Below, one piece after another: positions 61,381-64,000 of a stretch of 64,000 bases of DNA (positions are counted from its first letter, which is position 1; the number at the start of each line of letters is the position of its first letter). The translations under genes were made by a program, and so were the position numbers. The stretch is from Pseudovirgaria hyperparasitica (lineage: Eukaryota). The notes beneath the pieces were generated by a model. That model ran no database searches, had not been told where the DNA came from, and saw only the letters and a list, made by a program, of their open reading frames with translations. The stretch is taken from the NCBI GenBank assembly GCA_010093815.1, contig ML996567.1. The stretch is one strand, 5' to 3'.

Positions 61381-62615
61381 ATGGCGCCTCCTCCCTCGTC
61401 TCAGTCGTCAAACTCGAACGTCTCTCGACCAGCTGCGCTGCATCGACCGAAGGCGCCGAACGCTGTACTCGCTGAAGCAGAGCTACAATGGATATACACC
61501 GAAGAGGAGTTACTACACACTCCGTCGATTGTCGACGGGATGAGTGCTGAGCAGGAGCGTGAAATGCGATCTAAAGGTATCAACTTCATTGGACAGGTCG
61601 GGGTCATGCTGAAGCTATCCCAAATGACCCTGACCACTGCCGCCGTCTACTTTAACAGATTTCTGATGCGGAGGTCGCTGGTGAACAAGAAAGAAGGAGC
61701 AAAGGCCTTACACCACTATGTAAGTCGGCAAATCGCGCACGGAAGGCGCTTGGCACTAATACATGGAAGCAAATCGCCGCCGTATGCATCTTCCTGGCCA
61801 CCAAAGTGGAAGAGACTTGCCGTAAGATGAAGGAAATCGTCGTTGTCATTTGCCGTGTTGCCCAGAAGAACCCGAATTTGATCGTAGATGAGCAGACCAA
61901 AGACTATTGGAGGTGGCGCGATACGATACTCATGAACGAGGATCATCTTCTTGAGGCAATCGCCTTCGATCTCACGATCGATAAACCGCATAAGCTAATG
62001 TTCGACATGTTACAGTACTACCGCGAGTCACACAACAAGGAGCTAAGGAATAGCGCATGGACCTTTATTAATGACAGCGCTCACACACAGCTCTGCATTC
62101 TGTTCCCAGCGCGCACGATAGCTGCAGCTGCTGTATATTGTGGAGCCAAGTATTGCCGCGTCGACTTGCCCGACGAAGGTGGCAAGCCGTGGTGGGAAGT
62201 GCAGCATGTGTCGTTGCGCGAAATTCGCAGAGCTTGCAACTATATGGCAGGGATATACGAGAAGACGCCCGTGAAGGAAGGGGTCGAGAATATATACGTA
62301 CGTCTTCGCTCGCCGGTGGATGGCCCACCGGAGGACGCAAAGACTCGACTAAAGACGTCGCAGACACCCGAGAGTGTCGACATGGAGCGAGAAGGCAGCA
62401 GCCAGAGCGTGAAACGTGCGCGAGAAGACGACGAAGTGCAAAATGGAGATGCCGAACACAGCAAACCGGGAGACAAAGAAGCCGCAAACGGAAAGGAGGA
62501 GGCCGGACATCAATCTAAGAAGGTCAAGACGGGAACGAACGGGGTGGGGAGCGGCGCATCAGCCACCAAAGAGGACGAGGAGGTGGCCTCTGAGGAAGGT
62601 GAGGTCGAAGAGTAA
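61381..62615 (+). CDS. Transcriptional cyclin (cyclin K/T-like, Pch1-type)
   Basis: QWIYTEEELLHTPS, GINFI.QVG.MLKL, FNRF.MR, FLATKVEE, WRWRDTIL and EEGEVEE* end. Intron ~61720-61769. Confidence 0.88.
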
Positions 62616-63323
62616 ATCCGGAGCACAGCAATATTTTCGAATCTTCTATCGCTGGAGTCCACTCATGCAGGCATAACGGCGTTTCAGCGTCGTCGACATC
62701 TTTTTAAGATACCAAGGGACCAGGCGTTTTGAACAAACTCGTTGGGTACGCGAGTTACATTTGCAGGCGTTCCTCTGTTCATGTCCTTGGAGCTATTATG
62801 CTCTGGACGAGACGCCCCTTGCTATACATTCCACGACAAAGGCATGTAGTATAGCAGTCAGGTCCAATAGAAAGCACCTTGACATGACTTGGCATGGCAT
62901 GGTTTGACTTGACTTGTGCTCGTTGTGATACCCCGAATACCCTTTTCCGTAGCAATGCGTCTCTTTTCACATGATGGTCGGCCCGCAGAACGTGTGTCCC
63001 GGAGCCCGTCCGAGTCAGGAGACGCCTTATCGGATCTATCGGTAGGCATGCCGAGATCGGATACCTTGATGTCCTGCCGTTGGGCTTTTTCCCCATCTCC
63101 ACTTCTCCGTCCTCTCACCCTCGCCGTCGCCAACCTACTACGCTGGATACTTGCCCCTGTCCTTTGAGAACTGATATTGTCGTCGGCTGGACTATATCAA
63201 ATCTCCTGCATGCCTTTCTCGAGACTCTTATGAGACATCACTTCATAAGCTGTTCCGGCGCATAGCAGCCAATTACCCAAGCACTCTTCGTCTCGTGAAT
63301 CGCCCGCCCGTCCAACGCCCATC

Positions 63324-64000
63324 ATGGATCAGCAACAGTCTCCTTTACTCCGTCTACCGACCGAGATCAAACTTATCATTTGGGACATGCTCTTCCTCCC
63401 GGGCCATGGGATCAGTGCAGCTAAAGCAGTTTCCCGCGCGACAACACAATCGCATGAACAAGACGCAAACCCCGAAGAGCCCTGGACAATCCATATTCAT
63501 AATCTTCCCCCTTCAGAATCCGGTCCTCCTCCACTCCACCGTTCAACGTACCTCATCCGCAATCACACCACGCTCTTCACTTCCCGCACCACGCGCACAA
63601 CATACGCCCTCGCCCTGCCGCCCAACACACCTCCCTCCACCCCCCTCACCACCATCTACCCTTTCCGTGCCGCCATCTCCCTCCTCGCAACCTGCAAGTA
63701 CCTCCACGCCACCCTCACCCCGCTGCTCTACTCCTCATACTCCTTCTCCTTCGCCACAAACATCGAGGCCATCCCGCCATTCCTTGCCGACCGCGGACCC
63801 CTCGCCCGCGCTCATATCCGCCATCTCGCACTCACGAAGCGCGCCGCTCCGTATACATTGTCTGCCGACGCAGCTGCTTGGACCACGGCTATGGCGTTTC
63901 TCGCTGCTCCATCGTCGGGGCTGCGGCTTGACAGTATCGATCTTGGCGTCCAGGCACTGATTCCTGGTGGCAGCGGTGCTGCTACTAGTGCGAATGCTGA
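63324..64000 (+). CDS. 5' part of a hypothetical protein with an F-box-like N-terminal motif; runs off the window
   Basis: Open frame from ATG 63324 to the window end, absent from the ORF track because it has no stop: MDQQQSPLLRLPTEIKLIIWDML...SLLATCKYLH...LLYSSYSFSF. Confidence 0.75.
   Translation, partial: MDQQQSPLLRLPTEIKLIIWDMLFLPGHGISAAKAVSRATTQSHEQDANPEEPWTIHIHNLPPSESGPPPLHRSTYLIRNHTTLFTSRTTRTTYALALPPNTPPSTPLTTIYPFRAAISLLATCKYLHATLTPLLYSSYSFSFATNIEAIPPFLADRGPLARAHIRHLALTKRAAPYTLSADAAAWTTAMAFLAAPSSGLRLDSIDLGVQALIPGGSGAATSANA

Noticed and set aside
62878..62916. Degenerate pentamer repeat (cttga/catgg), considered along with other short arrays as CRISPR-like
   Set aside because: Simple low-complexity repeats with no spacers, in a eukaryotic context.
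63295..63960. 221-aa Pro/Ser-rich ORF in the track
   Set aside because: Alternative frame of the real gene starting at ATG 63324.

Overview
Gene-dense eukaryotic DNA from a filamentous ascomycete (Pezizomycotina; possibly Dothideomycetes, which I cannot confirm). Introns are short GT-AG type with CTRAC/CTAAY branch points. About 27 protein-coding genes are present, mostly housekeeping: Med27, Nic96, HAC1/hacA, an aquaporin, a secreted metallophosphoesterase, RCC1, Utp21, Vip1/Asp1, an HVA22 protein, Mgm101, Bpl1, a TTL-like ligase, Mcp1, Cox16, ATR/Mec1, Osh4/Kes1, an Ara2-like aldo-keto reductase, Dap1 and a K/T-type cyclin. I found no tRNA, rRNA, CRISPR array or intact transposon. The richest locus is HAC1. 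It carries a 20-nt IRE1-type intron flanked by two hairpins. Just past the spliced stop codon is a hairpin with the UGGCGC...GCGAC 3' bipartite element, lying in what looks like a decayed, no-longer-coding copy of the usual HacA C-terminal peptide. Other items: a 78-aa spliced hydrophilic protein missed by the ORF track, a candidate spliced transcript in the long HAC1 upstream region, an isolated AflX/MdpK-like oxidoreductase with two AflR-type motifs, a RIP-like AT island and two stop-free 3n introns. Gene identities come from motif recognition, not database searches, and exon boundaries were read by eye.
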